From the NCBI GenBank assembly GCA_964467385.1, contig CAYXQC010000005.1, positions 1 through 58,270 on the forward strand: DNA of 58,270 nucleotides, given 5' to 3'. The stretch comes from an uncultured Candidatus Saccharibacteria bacterium. GTDB taxonomy: Bacteria; Patescibacteriota; Minisyncoccia; Phycocordibacterales; CAIZLB01. The notes under the pieces are model-generated. The model had not been told where the DNA came from, did no database searches, and saw nothing but the letters and a program-made list of their open reading frames with translations. Position 1 is the first letter of the stretch. Each line of letters starts with the position of its first letter. Below, in pieces: positions 1 to 8,873 of this stretch. Made by a program: the position numbers and the translations under genes.

Positions 1-762
1 ATCAAGTCACGAACAGTGTTTGATATCCCAGTTCTCGAAGCCAACAAGGGAGGTCTTCTTCTCTCATGGCAAGGTATTCACGGATTCCTTCCAGCTTCAC
101 AGCTTAAAGCTGATCATTACCCACGAGTAGCAGATGGCGACAAAGACAGAATTCTCGAGGAGCTTAAGAAATTCGTTGGACAGAAACTTTCAGTAACTAT
201 TATTGGTGCTTCACCAAAAGAAGGAAAACTTATTTTCTCTGAAAAGAATCCAGAATCAAAAGAAAAGGATCGAATTATCGGCAAATACGCGGTCAATGAT
301 GAAGCTGAAGGAACAGTTACTGGCGCAGTAGACTTCGGTGTATTCGTTAAACTCGAAGAAGGTCTTGAAGGTCTTGTGCACATTTCAGAAATTGATTGGG
401 CACTCGTTGAAGATCCTCGAGCTCTCTACAAAGTTGGCGATAAGGTAAAGGTTAAAGTTATCGAAATCAAAGACGGCAAAATCTCTCTTTCTATCAAAGC
501 TCTCAAACCAAATCCTTGGAAAGAAGCTGAGAAGAAATACAAAAAGGATGATGTTGTTAATGGTGTAGTTATCAAATTCAACAAACATGGCGCACTGGCT
601 TCAATCGAAGAAGGTGTTGCAGGACTTGTACATGTTTCAGAATTCGGCAGCGAAGCAAAACTTCGAGAAAAACTTGAACTCGGAAAAGTTTACTCTTTCA
701 AAATCAATCTCTTCGATGCTAAGGACCAGAAGATGGCACTTGGATTCGTTGATAAGAAGTAA
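1..762 (+). CDS. rpsA: 30S ribosomal protein S1, C-terminal part (5' end lies upstream of the window)
   Basis: Frame 1 is open from base 1. The translation shows tandem S1/OB repeats (GTVTGAVDFGVFVKLEEGLEGLVHISE; GVVIKFNKHGALASIEEGVAGLVHVSE). The stop at 760-762 is followed by a hairpin plus T-run. Confidence 0.85.
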   Translation: MKSRTVFDIPVLEANKGGLLLSWQGIHGFLPASQLKADHYPRVADGDKDRILEELKKFVGQKLSVTIIGASPKEGKLIFSEKNPESKEKDRIIGKYAVNDEAEGTVTGAVDFGVFVKLEEGLEGLVHISEIDWALVEDPRALYKVGDKVKVKVIEIKDGKISLSIKALKPNPWKEAEKKYKKDDVVNGVVIKFNKHGALASIEEGVAGLVHVSEFGSEAKLREKLELGKVYSFKINLFDAKDQKMALGFVDKK

Positions 763-821
763 AGAAGCTAGGCGCATTTTGGCGCTGATCTAACGCAAAA
801 TTGAGAGGAAATTCTCAATAC

Positions 822-861
822 AAAAAACATCGTTTCAGGTAAAACTGAACGGTGTTTTTTG
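822..861 (+). terminator. Rho-independent terminator after rpsA
   Basis: Stem ACATCGTTTCAG / CTGAACGGTGT (one bulge) followed by TTTTTT. Confidence 0.7.
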
Positions 862-922
862 TTTGTTTAATTATGAAAAAAGTATGCAGATTTTAGATAA
901 ATTTTATTGCTTTTTCAGGTGC

Positions 923-951
923 TTTACATATTAAATTTAGTGTTATATAAT
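923..951 (+). promoter_or_regulatory. Sigma70-type promoter of the MYG1-like cassette
   Basis: TTTACA (923-928), 17-nt spacer, TATAAT (946-951). It lies about 130 nt upstream of ATG 1083. Confidence 0.55.
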
Positions 952-1082
952 ATAAATTGACTCAGATGCTCACAGAAGCAACTTCCCTGTCCTACGCTAG
1001 GACTTTGAAGATCTGATGCTGGTACGTTGAAAACCATGACCCATACAAAGGCATAGGGTCGCAAAAAGAAAGGAGGTGGGCC

Positions 1083-2258
1083 ATGAGCTCACCAGATACA
1101 CAAGACCAAACACAAGCACCAGAACAGGCACAAAAACCACCGCACACATTGAAATCTCTGTTTGAAGCCGTTCATCAAGAACGCGACGAACTCCGAGTAA
1201 CAGTTCATAGTGGAGTTTTCCACATCGATGAGGCAATTTGCCTCGCAATGGTAAAATTCCTTCTTGATGACTACAACGATGGAGCTACCCGTTTCAAGTA
1301 CACGTTGACAATGTTGGTTCGTCGGAGTCGTGATCCAGAAGTAATTCAGAATTCAGACATCGTGATTGACGTTGGTGGGATCTACGATCCAGATTTGTAT
1401 CGGTACGATCACCATCAAGCAAATGGTGCTGGTCGACGTCCAAGTAAAGGAGACGTCGAGGGGACTCTTTATTCCGCAGCGGGTCTATTTTGGAAAGACT
1501 TCGGAGTGGAATTCTCCAAGTCGGTAGCAAGGCGGTGTACTAGGATCAAGTTGCAGGGTGGGAAACCTTTTCGCAAAGTCGCCCGCATCGTCGATAGTCA
1601 ACTGATCGAGGGTATTTGCGCACTGGATACCGGCGACGTTCGGCTATCATCAACAGGTGCAAAAATCCAGAGCATCTCCTCAGCATTCTCAATGTTAAAC
1701 CCGGTGGAAATCGGGAGTGACAAGATTGTTGATGATCAATACGATGCTCTCCAGGTCGGAACAAAGTTTGTTCAGCAGATCTTGATCGGTGCAGTAAAGC
1801 GCGCGATCGATTCGGTCTATCACAGGCCAATGCTGAATAAACTCCTCGAAAAGCAAAATTCCACCGAGGAGCCTCGCGTGCTGGTCCTAAATAACACAAG
1901 CCAGGCATGGAGGAGCGTCTTGACCAAAAACTCAGGAGTCCTTGTGGTAATCCAACCTGCAGCCGATGCCAATAATCCGCAACATCGAAATTGGAACGTC
2001 CTGGCCACAAGCCACAAGGGTGTCCAGCTCTTTGATTTCCCCGCCGAGTGGTATGGGGTCGAAAGTGGTCTCGACCGTATCACTGGGGTGCCTGGTGCTC
2101 TTTACTGTCACAACACTGGCTTCGCCGCTGGTGCTAAGACACGAGAAGGTGCCATTGCACTTGTCAGACTTGCCCTTATCGAATGGGACAAGACCGACCA
2201 TGGTGGCGGAACCTCCGATGGCGGAGGATTCGAAGAGGTGGACGATGAAGATGAATGA
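1083..2258 (+). CDS. MYG1/UPF0160-family metal-dependent hydrolase (DHH-like)
   Basis: Family signatures HSGVFHIDEAICLAM and VIDVGGIYDPDLYRYDHHQ. A textbook SD AGGAGG (1071-1076) sits 6 nt before the ATG. The region is visibly GC-rich. Confidence 0.8.
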   Translation: MSSPDTQDQTQAPEQAQKPPHTLKSLFEAVHQERDELRVTVHSGVFHIDEAICLAMVKFLLDDYNDGATRFKYTLTMLVRRSRDPEVIQNSDIVIDVGGIYDPDLYRYDHHQANGAGRRPSKGDVEGTLYSAAGLFWKDFGVEFSKSVARRCTRIKLQGGKPFRKVARIVDSQLIEGICALDTGDVRLSSTGAKIQSISSAFSMLNPVEIGSDKIVDDQYDALQVGTKFVQQILIGAVKRAIDSVYHRPMLNKLLEKQNSTEEPRVLVLNNTSQAWRSVLTKNSGVLVVIQPAADANNPQHRNWNVLATSHKGVQLFDFPAEWYGVESGLDRITGVPGALYCHNTGFAAGAKTREGAIALVRLALIEWDKTDHGGGTSDGGGFEEVDDEDE

Positions 2259-2313
2259 TGTCAGGTAAACCTTCAACCTGATCTACGGTGACAATGTAAC
2301 AGCTCGTCATCAA

Positions 2314-2345
2314 GGGACCCGCTCACACCGGGTCCCTAAATTTTT
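2314..2345 (+). terminator. Rho-independent terminator after the MYG1-like gene
   Basis: GGGACCCG ctcaca CGGGTCCC followed by TAAATTTTT. Confidence 0.8.
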
Positions 2346-2392
2346 GCCTGGATTTTGATGGGATTTTTATAAATTCTTTATTTTCGTAATAG

Positions 2393-2420
2393 TTGACATA
2401 TGTTTTTATAGTGGTATAAT
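2393..2420 (+). promoter_or_regulatory. Near-consensus promoter with extended -10
   Basis: TTGACA (2393-2398), 16-nt spacer, TGgTATAAT (-10 at 2415-2420). Confidence 0.7.
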
Positions 2421-2452
2421 TACACAAGCAAAGCTTAAAGCACTTTTACACA

Positions 2453-2713
2453 GTGGCTTGGATAAGATTTGAGGTAAGCATAAAGCGGTTCAACATCTGG
2501 ACCTCTCCATGCCTACCTCAAAGCAATTCCGCTGCGAGAGGGCTCATGGATATAATGACAACATCATCATTGAAACCACCAATAGAACTGGAGATCCTGA
2601 CGATGACCCTCTTCCTGGCCATCGCACTCAAGATGAAAGAAAAGAAACCTTTCATCCCCGATGAAGCACTACGCTGCAGCATCAACCACCGTGTACTTCA
2701 CGGCGTAAACTGA
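2453..2713 (+). CDS. Hypothetical small protein. Start uncertain: GTG 2453 or ATG 2548. The transcript could instead be non-coding.
   Basis: 86-codon ORF bracketed by the 2393 promoter and the 2719-2795 terminator. No recognisable domain. One hydrophobic stretch (LTMTLFLAIAL). Confidence 0.3.
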   Translation: MAWIRFEVSIKRFNIWTSPCLPQSNSAARGLMDIMTTSSLKPPIELEILTMTLFLAIALKMKEKKPFIPDEALRCSINHRVLHGVN

Positions 2714-2718
2714 AACAC

Positions 2719-2795
2719 AACCAGCCGTACCGCATAGATCATAAACCTTAACTGGTCCAGATCGAACGCAGTACAGGCTGGTGTTTTTTATTTTT
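2719..2795 (+). terminator. Long-loop terminator-like structure
   Basis: CCAGCCGTAC ... GTACaGGCTGG encloses about 40 nt and is followed by TGTTTTTTATTTTTT. Confidence 0.5.
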
Positions 2796-2822
2796 TGAGC
2801 AGAATTTACAACAAAATCACCA

Positions 2823-3461
2823 CTACCTAGTATTACAGACATTCATCGCCTTTTCTCTACCAGCTGTTATAGCAATATACAAAGCCTCTGCAACATCTTT
2901 CGATACGGATTTTATTTCCTCAAGTTCGTTCGGTCGAAATGCGCTTACTATAAAATCCGGCATTTTATCTGAACTTGGTTTTTTTGGCTTACCACTTGGA
3001 GTTGTTGGACAAATTCCTACTTTAAGTCGTCCATATGCTTCAGTTTTGATTGTTCGATTGATTGATTCAACACCTTTGTGACCTCCTGATCCTCTATTGA
3101 AAAACATTTTTATGTTTCCAATTGGCAAATCAAGATCATCATGAACAACTATAAGCTTCTCAGCTTTCTTTACACTTGTGATCGTATCCTTAAGTGAAAG
3201 TCCGGATTTATTCATAAAAGTTTCAGGTAAAAGTACAAGTACAGATTCACCGAAGACTGTCCCTTTTGACATCAAAGCATTGTATTTTTTGCTAAATTCG
3301 AAGTCAGAAAGTTCACTTTCCTTTGCACCTTTCTTGCCATCTATTTTTTCAGCTATTTTTGAGATATTTTTTACGAAATATTCAACAGCAATTCTACCAG
3401 CGTTGTGCCGGGTATTTTTATATTCTTCACCTGGATTTCCGAGTCCGACGATTACATGCAT
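2823..3461 (-). CDS. pth: Peptidyl-tRNA hydrolase
   Basis: N-terminus MHVIVGLGNPGEEYKNTRHNAG and overall Pth-like length (212 aa). Confidence 0.9.
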   Translation of the reverse strand: MHVIVGLGNPGEEYKNTRHNAGRIAVEYFVKNISKIAEKIDGKKGAKESELSDFEFSKKYNALMSKGTVFGESVLVLLPETFMNKSGLSLKDTITSVKKAEKLIVVHDDLDLPIGNIKMFFNRGSGGHKGVESINRTIKTEAYGRLKVGICPTTPSGKPKKPSSDKMPDFIVSAFRPNELEEIKSVSKDVAEALYIAITAGREKAMNVCNTR

Positions 3462-3563
3462 ATTTAGTTTGGTTAGTATGTTGATTGTCTACCAGCTCCA
3501 TAAAAACATATTACTGGATTTGTTGGAGTATATCACTTTTTATAGTATTATGCTTCTACTTAT

Positions 3564-4349
3564 ATGCACTTTCTCGGTATGAATAATTCTTCAAAAAGTC
3601 CTAAAAATGTTGGATCTGAGATATATAGATCACTTGTGCAAAATGCCCAAACTAAAACTGGCAGATACGACGACTCTTCCTCTCAAGCATATGCTTCTGA
3701 AGTGCCAGGACATATGGACCACACAGAGGGACATGAGGGACATATAAATAGCGTGAGTTCTGAACACGGTAATAACCAACAGTCGACGCATAAAAGAGAT
3801 GGTATTTCTTGGAAATTTATTTTTTTTGTAATTTTAGTACTTCTACCTATCCGACTTTTTGTTGCTGAACCATTTCTTGTATATGGCAGCTCAATGGAGC
3901 CAAACTTTGATACAGGAGATTATCTCATCGTTGATGAACTTTCATACAAAATTTCTGAGCCGAAGCGAGGTGATGTGATTGTACTTCGTCCCCCTTACGA
4001 CACCACAAAACATTTCATCAAAAGAGTTGTCGGTCTTCCAGGTGAAACAGTCGAGGTCAAAGGAAACATCGTGACAATTTTCAACGCTGAACACCCTGAA
4101 GGATTTGTACTCGACGAGCCATATATCACATTCAAAAGTGACAAAGAATCGAAAATTAAACTTACTATGGACCAATATTTTGTCATGGGTGACAATCGAA
4201 CGGTAAGTTTTGACTCCAGAAGCTGGGGGGCATTGCCAAGAGAGGATATTACTGGTAAAGCTTTCCTACGTTTGTATCCATTCAAATCTATTAGTATACT
4301 GCCCGGCGACGTTAGTAAGTTTAGCCAAAGCAAAGAGCAGAGCAAATAG
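3564..4349 (+). CDS. lepB: Signal peptidase I (S26 family)
   Basis: N-terminal TM segment, catalytic Ser box GSSMEPNF, Lys box FIKRVVGLPGE, and GDNRTVSFDSRSWG. Confidence 0.85.
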   Translation: MHFLGMNNSSKSPKNVGSEIYRSLVQNAQTKTGRYDDSSSQAYASEVPGHMDHTEGHEGHINSVSSEHGNNQQSTHKRDGISWKFIFFVILVLLPIRLFVAEPFLVYGSSMEPNFDTGDYLIVDELSYKISEPKRGDVIVLRPPYDTTKHFIKRVVGLPGETVEVKGNIVTIFNAEHPEGFVLDEPYITFKSDKESKIKLTMDQYFVMGDNRTVSFDSRSWGALPREDITGKAFLRLYPFKSISILPGDVSKFSQSKEQSK

Positions 4350-4379
4350 CATGGTATCCAATTAACTAAAGTTAAAATA

Positions 4380-5669
4380 ATGAAAGAAAAAACTCAGGAA
4401 AAACTTAAGCCGGTACAGATTCACAAGAGTCACATACACGCCGAGTCTACGGCTAAACATTACGGCTTCACTCATTTTACAAATGTAAAAGTTGAAAAAC
4501 AGGATCTTTCGAAGGTAAAAAACTTTAAAGATAGCAAGAAAAATTCTTACAATGACGAGGACTCTGTTTTGAGTTTTGATAATTTACTTGAAGAAAAAAT
4601 TGCTCTGATGCGTGCATACATTGTCGACAAAACAATGAACGATCTCAATCAACCTCCGATGGTCTACTACAGTGGTCCAATCGATGGAAATCCACACGCA
4701 AACACCCCTAAGCACCACGGTCATTCATTCAATCTCGACATCATTGGTAACGCCAAGAGTATTGCCGACGCTATTATCATTGAAACAGCTTTTGTAATTC
4801 TCAAAGAACACCTCGGCGAAAAATTTGAAAAAGATAAAACAAAAACGGTTGAATTAATGATAGAACTCAATTCAATTGGTGATAAAGATTCTTTTGCACG
4901 ATTCAGTAAAGAGTTCAGTACTTTTTGCAAAAAACGACTCGGTGAACTTCCAACAGAATGGCGACAATCTTTTAAAAAAGACCCTCTTTCTATTTTCAAG
5001 TGTACTGACGAGACATGCACCACTCTTCTCGATGAAGCCCCTAAGCCAATGAGTTATCTTTCTGAGCAGAGTAGAGATCATTTCCGAGAAGTGCTCGAAT
5101 ATGTAGAATCTCTCAATATTCCCTACACCATCAACCATTCACTTATCGGCAGCAAACACTATTCTTCAGGTACAATTTTTCAAATCGTAAAAATTACAAG
5201 TGAAGAAAACAAAAACGGTAAGCGGACTGAAAAGCGTGAGGTTCTCTGTATTGGTGAAAGATACAACACCGTTTCAAAGAAAGCTTGGGGTAAAAAAGAA
5301 ATCCCTGCTGTTGGTGCAACTCTTCTTGTCGACGAGAAAGCTGTAAAGCACATGAAGGCTCCAGTAAAACCAAAGAAAGAAGTTGCTCCGAAATTCTTCT
5401 TCATTCAGCTTGGATACGATGCGAAACTTAAAAGTCTTGCGATTATCGAGATGCTCCGTGTTGCAAACATTGCGGTTCACCAATCTCTTTCACGAGACAA
5501 AATCACTAGCCAACTCATGGCGGCAGAAAAAATGGCCGTGCCTTACATTTTGATTCTTGGACAAAAAGAAGCGCTTGAAGATAGTGTCACTGTCCGACAT
5601 ATGCACACTCGTGTTCAGGAAACTGTACTGATTAAAGAGTTGATCGCGTATCTTAAAAAACTAGTATAG
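4380..5669 (+). CDS. Histidyl-tRNA synthetase-like protein with degenerate catalytic motifs plus a class-II anticodon-binding domain
   Basis: HisRS-like layout (ELNSIGD; DPLSIFKC; IGERYN in place of GGGRYD; PAVGATLLVDE). The C-terminal anticodon-binding fold is clear (FFFIQLG...VPYILILGQKEALEDSVTVRHM). Confidence 0.6.
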   Translation: MKEKTQEKLKPVQIHKSHIHAESTAKHYGFTHFTNVKVEKQDLSKVKNFKDSKKNSYNDEDSVLSFDNLLEEKIALMRAYIVDKTMNDLNQPPMVYYSGPIDGNPHANTPKHHGHSFNLDIIGNAKSIADAIIIETAFVILKEHLGEKFEKDKTKTVELMIELNSIGDKDSFARFSKEFSTFCKKRLGELPTEWRQSFKKDPLSIFKCTDETCTTLLDEAPKPMSYLSEQSRDHFREVLEYVESLNIPYTINHSLIGSKHYSSGTIFQIVKITSEENKNGKRTEKREVLCIGERYNTVSKKAWGKKEIPAVGATLLVDEKAVKHMKAPVKPKKEVAPKFFFIQLGYDAKLKSLAIIEMLRVANIAVHQSLSRDKITSQLMAAEKMAVPYILILGQKEALEDSVTVRHMHTRVQETVLIKELIAYLKKLV

Positions 5670-5731
5670 AAAGTGTATCCAAATATGCGTAGCATATGTT
5701 TTGTGAATTAACTTTTATTCTTACGAAATTT

Positions 5732-5790
5732 AAAAACACCTCACAGATCCTTTGTACGAATGGGTACGAAGAAATCTGATGAGGTGTTTT
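5732..5790. terminator. Bidirectional terminator between convergent genes
   Basis: AAACACCTCACAGAT ... ATCTGATGAGGTGTTT, with an A-run upstream and a T-run downstream. Confidence 0.7.
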
Positions 5791-5822
5791 ACATTGAGCC
5801 TATCAATCAATGTGGATGCGGA

Positions 5823-6452
5823 TCAAGTCGCTGGATAGGGTTCACAAAGAACGATGTTGTGACCTCGAGGAATACCACCAGGGAGTGGTGAAGCATTGGC
5901 CACGGAGATCAGCGTCCATTTTTCGTTGCTCGACTTGGTGTGACCAATGACGGCGTAGCGGACCAAGCCATTGACCTGGATTGGAATGACGTTACAAGTC
6001 TTGCCGATAGGTGTCCGATGATCGGATTTTTTTGGACAACTCAAAAGCAGAAACAAGAGAACGTACCACGGAACGACTCCGTTGAATTCATTTTCCTGGA
6101 TTACTTTCGAGAGGATTTCGTGACAAATAGTCTTCTCTACGACTTTTTTGCGTAAAGTAACAGTTTGTCGAATCTCAGGTAGTTCCTTTTCCAGATCAAC
6201 ACCAAGAAAATCAAACGCTTCGCTGATGAGTTTCGGTGACGTAACCGTTTCAGCCAGCATCTGCAGAAGATCTTGATTCCTGAATCCATCGATCTGAGAC
6301 ATTCTCTCGAGAAGTGCAATGTACCAGCCATCCCACTCCATTTGATAAATCTCTTCCAGACCATGGGACTTCTGGGAGTGCATATCCAATGTAGCAAGGA
6401 CATTTTGAAAAGACGCTCGTCGAGCCGCCGGAGGAAGCATTACTGCATTCAT
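5823..6452 (-). CDS. Hypothetical protein (GC-rich cassette)
   Basis: 209-codon ORF with no recognisable motif. GC is visibly higher than in the flanking genes. The terminator at 5732-5790 lies downstream. Confidence 0.55.
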   Translation of the reverse strand: MNAVMLPPAARRASFQNVLATLDMHSQKSHGLEEIYQMEWDGWYIALLERMSQIDGFRNQDLLQMLAETVTSPKLISEAFDFLGVDLEKELPEIRQTVTLRKKVVEKTICHEILSKVIQENEFNGVVPWYVLLFLLLSCPKKSDHRTPIGKTCNVIPIQVNGLVRYAVIGHTKSSNEKWTLISVANASPLPGGIPRGHNIVLCEPYPAT

Positions 6453-6592
6453 GAAAAATAAGATGGTTGAATTTCAATGACCTAAATGCCAATATGGCTA
6501 TCATGTTTGTGGCTGGATTTTTGGTCCAAAACCTCTTTACACAACAAATAGCGCACTCGCGCCACGTAGGAGAAATCTATCATATTCGGCCG

Positions 6593-6621
6593 TTGCATTC
6601 AACGAGGGTGCATGATATAGT
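6593..6621 (+). promoter_or_regulatory. rpsU promoter (predicts a leaderless or near-leaderless mRNA)
   Basis: TTGCAT (6593-6598), 17-nt spacer, TATAGT (6616-6621). The ATG follows at 6630, only 8 nt later. Confidence 0.6.
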
Positions 6622-6629
6622 GTGACCCT

Positions 6630-6869
6630 ATGATAAATGTCAATATCGAAAAGAACGCAACAGAAAGCGCTGCATCAGTACTTCGACGATTCACAAAGAA
6701 AGTACAAGAGTCAGGCGTTTTAAACCGTGTTCGATCTATCAAATACACAGAACGAAACCTCTCTTACTACAAGAAAAAGAAAGCTGCTCTTGAAAAGAAG
6801 CGACGACAATCAGAACGAGAAAAGCTTTTGAAGCTTGGAAAGATTCAGCCAACAACAAAGCGACGATAG
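6630..6869 (+). CDS. rpsU: 30S ribosomal protein S21
   Basis: VLRRFTKKVQESGVLNRVRSIKYTERNLSYYKKKK. Small, very basic protein. Confidence 0.85.
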   Translation: MINVNIEKNATESAASVLRRFTKKVQESGVLNRVRSIKYTERNLSYYKKKKAALEKKRRQSEREKLLKLGKIQPTTKRR

Positions 6870-6907
6870 TATTCATCGGGATATTTTCCGAATTTGCTTG
6901 AAGCGAA

Positions 6908-7339
6908 ATGCGCATGAATTCAAAAAAAGAAGCAACAAATTCAACTTTCTACTATAGTACAACTTTGAAAAAAGCACCGCACATTGATGTGGTGTTTTTT
7001 TCTCGTATCAAAGATAAAGTGCTCGGCAAAAATTACGAGCTCGACTTGCGATTTATTGGTAAAAAAAGAGCGCAAACACTGAATCGAACTCATCGACAAA
7101 AAGATTACGCAACTGATATTTTAAGTTTCCCTATTTCCGACGCGAATGGCGAGCATGGCATGGGTGAAATTTACATTCATCCTGACAAAGCGCGAATAAA
7201 AGCGAAAGAATTCGGTAGAACTTTTGATAATTATCTGAAGTTCGTATTTATCCACGGTTTAATGCATTTGAAAGGATTCGATCATGGTAGTAGAATGGAG
7301 AGTGAAGAAGCAAAGATTCGGCGCTTCTTTCAGGTTTAG
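6908..7339 (+). CDS. ybeY: rRNA maturation endoribonuclease YbeY
   Basis: TDILSFP and the zinc motif HGLMHLKGFDH. Confidence 0.85.
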   Translation: MRMNSKKEATNSTFYYSTTLKKAPHIDVVFFSRIKDKVLGKNYELDLRFIGKKRAQTLNRTHRQKDYATDILSFPISDANGEHGMGEIYIHPDKARIKAKEFGRTFDNYLKFVFIHGLMHLKGFDHGSRMESEEAKIRRFFQV

Positions 7340-7433
7340 TTTAAAACTCGCACTAAAAAATTCTGAATTTTAAATGTCGTTTTTTAGCTAAATTTCAAGT
7401 TTTACTTAGTTTCATTTTTTAAAAAATATATAC

Positions 7434-8639
7434 ATGGCCATCGGTCGAAACATTACCGTCGGCATTGACCTTGGAAGTCATCAAGTAAAGGTCATTGTCG
7501 TTGAAAAAGATACAAAGCAAGACAGAGATGCACTCCCACGCATAGTTGCAACTGGAGTAGCAGAGTCTAAAGGTATTCGCCATGGTTTCGTTACAAATAT
7601 CGCCGATGCTTCTAAGAGCATTAAAAGCGCCGTTTCTCAAGCCGAAAGAACTCTCGGAACAACTATTCGAAAAGCCTATATTTCTATTGGTGGTATCGGA
7701 CTTGGTGCCATCATTTCAACAGGTTCAACCGCTGTTACAAAAGCCGACAATGACATCACGGGTCTCGATGTAAAACGAGCGATCGAGGAAAGCGAAAAAG
7801 AACTACCAAATCATTACATTCAGAATCGTAAAATTATCTATACTGTTCCTCTTGAATACAAGATTGATGGTAAAAAAGTACTCGGCCGTCCTCATGGACT
7901 TAAAGCGATGCGACTCGAAGCGCGTGTACTGTATATCACTTCACTCGCCCATCACTTGAGCGACTTGATGTCTGCCTTCGAGGAAGCAGATATTATTATC
8001 CAAGATGTTGCTGCAGCCCCTATCGCTGCAAGTGTGGTAAGTCTTTCAAAGACTCAGAAGATTGCCGGTTGTGTTCTCGCCAACATCGGCGCAGAAACAA
8101 CTTCTATTATTGTATTTGAAAATAATATTCCAGTTTCAATGGAAGTTTTTCAAATTGGTTCAAATGATATTACAAACGATCTTGCTCTCGGTCTCAAAGT
8201 TTCACTCGAAGACGCTGAACTTATCAAAATCGGCCAAGGTCGCATCGGCGAATTTTCAAAAAAGAAGATAGAGGAAATTGTAATCGCACGACTTTCAGAT
8301 ATCTTTGATTTACTCGAAGATCATTTGCGAAAAATTGATCGTAATGGTCTCTTGCCTGCCGGAATTATTTTAACTGGCGGAGGCTCATCTATTCCAAATA
8401 TAGAAGAACTTTCTCGATTAGCTCTCCGACTTCCTTCAAAGCAAGGCAAACTTCGACTCGACGGAAACGTAAAAGGTATTGTGCGTGATTCTGAATGGGC
8501 CGTTGCATACGGTCTCGCTATCATCGGCCTCACTGAAGATGAAGGAGAAACTGGTGCTGGCGATGGTATTCTCCCTGGACATATCTGGGATAAAACTGGA
8601 AAGAGTCTCTGGGCGTGGCTCAAGCGATTTTTGCCATAA
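7434..8639 (+). CDS. ftsA: Cell division protein FtsA
   Basis: Actin-fold N-terminus VGIDLGSHQVKVIVV, and ILTGGGSSIPNIEEL. It lies directly upstream of ftsZ. Confidence 0.85.
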   Translation: MAIGRNITVGIDLGSHQVKVIVVEKDTKQDRDALPRIVATGVAESKGIRHGFVTNIADASKSIKSAVSQAERTLGTTIRKAYISIGGIGLGAIISTGSTAVTKADNDITGLDVKRAIEESEKELPNHYIQNRKIIYTVPLEYKIDGKKVLGRPHGLKAMRLEARVLYITSLAHHLSDLMSAFEEADIIIQDVAAAPIAASVVSLSKTQKIAGCVLANIGAETTSIIVFENNIPVSMEVFQIGSNDITNDLALGLKVSLEDAELIKIGQGRIGEFSKKKIEEIVIARLSDIFDLLEDHLRKIDRNGLLPAGIILTGGGSSIPNIEELSRLALRLPSKQGKLRLDGNVKGIVRDSEWAVAYGLAIIGLTEDEGETGAGDGILPGHIWDKTGKSLWAWLKRFLP

Positions 8640-8873
8640 TATTTCTTGATATAGCACATTAGTTTACCTTGGTTTTTATTTAGTTTTTAGTATATCTCGT
8701 TGTTTTTAGGCCAAGGCCAAAATACTCTTTACTCAAGCCACATTTTTGACTATTTGTAAGTCTAATTTGCAATAGAGCCTTAATGTACGCCACAAAAGAG
8801 CTCAAATGTCGTCTTTTGCTATTTTTTAAATGGTGGTATTATTTGCACCATCAATATTTAACCATTACAAAAC

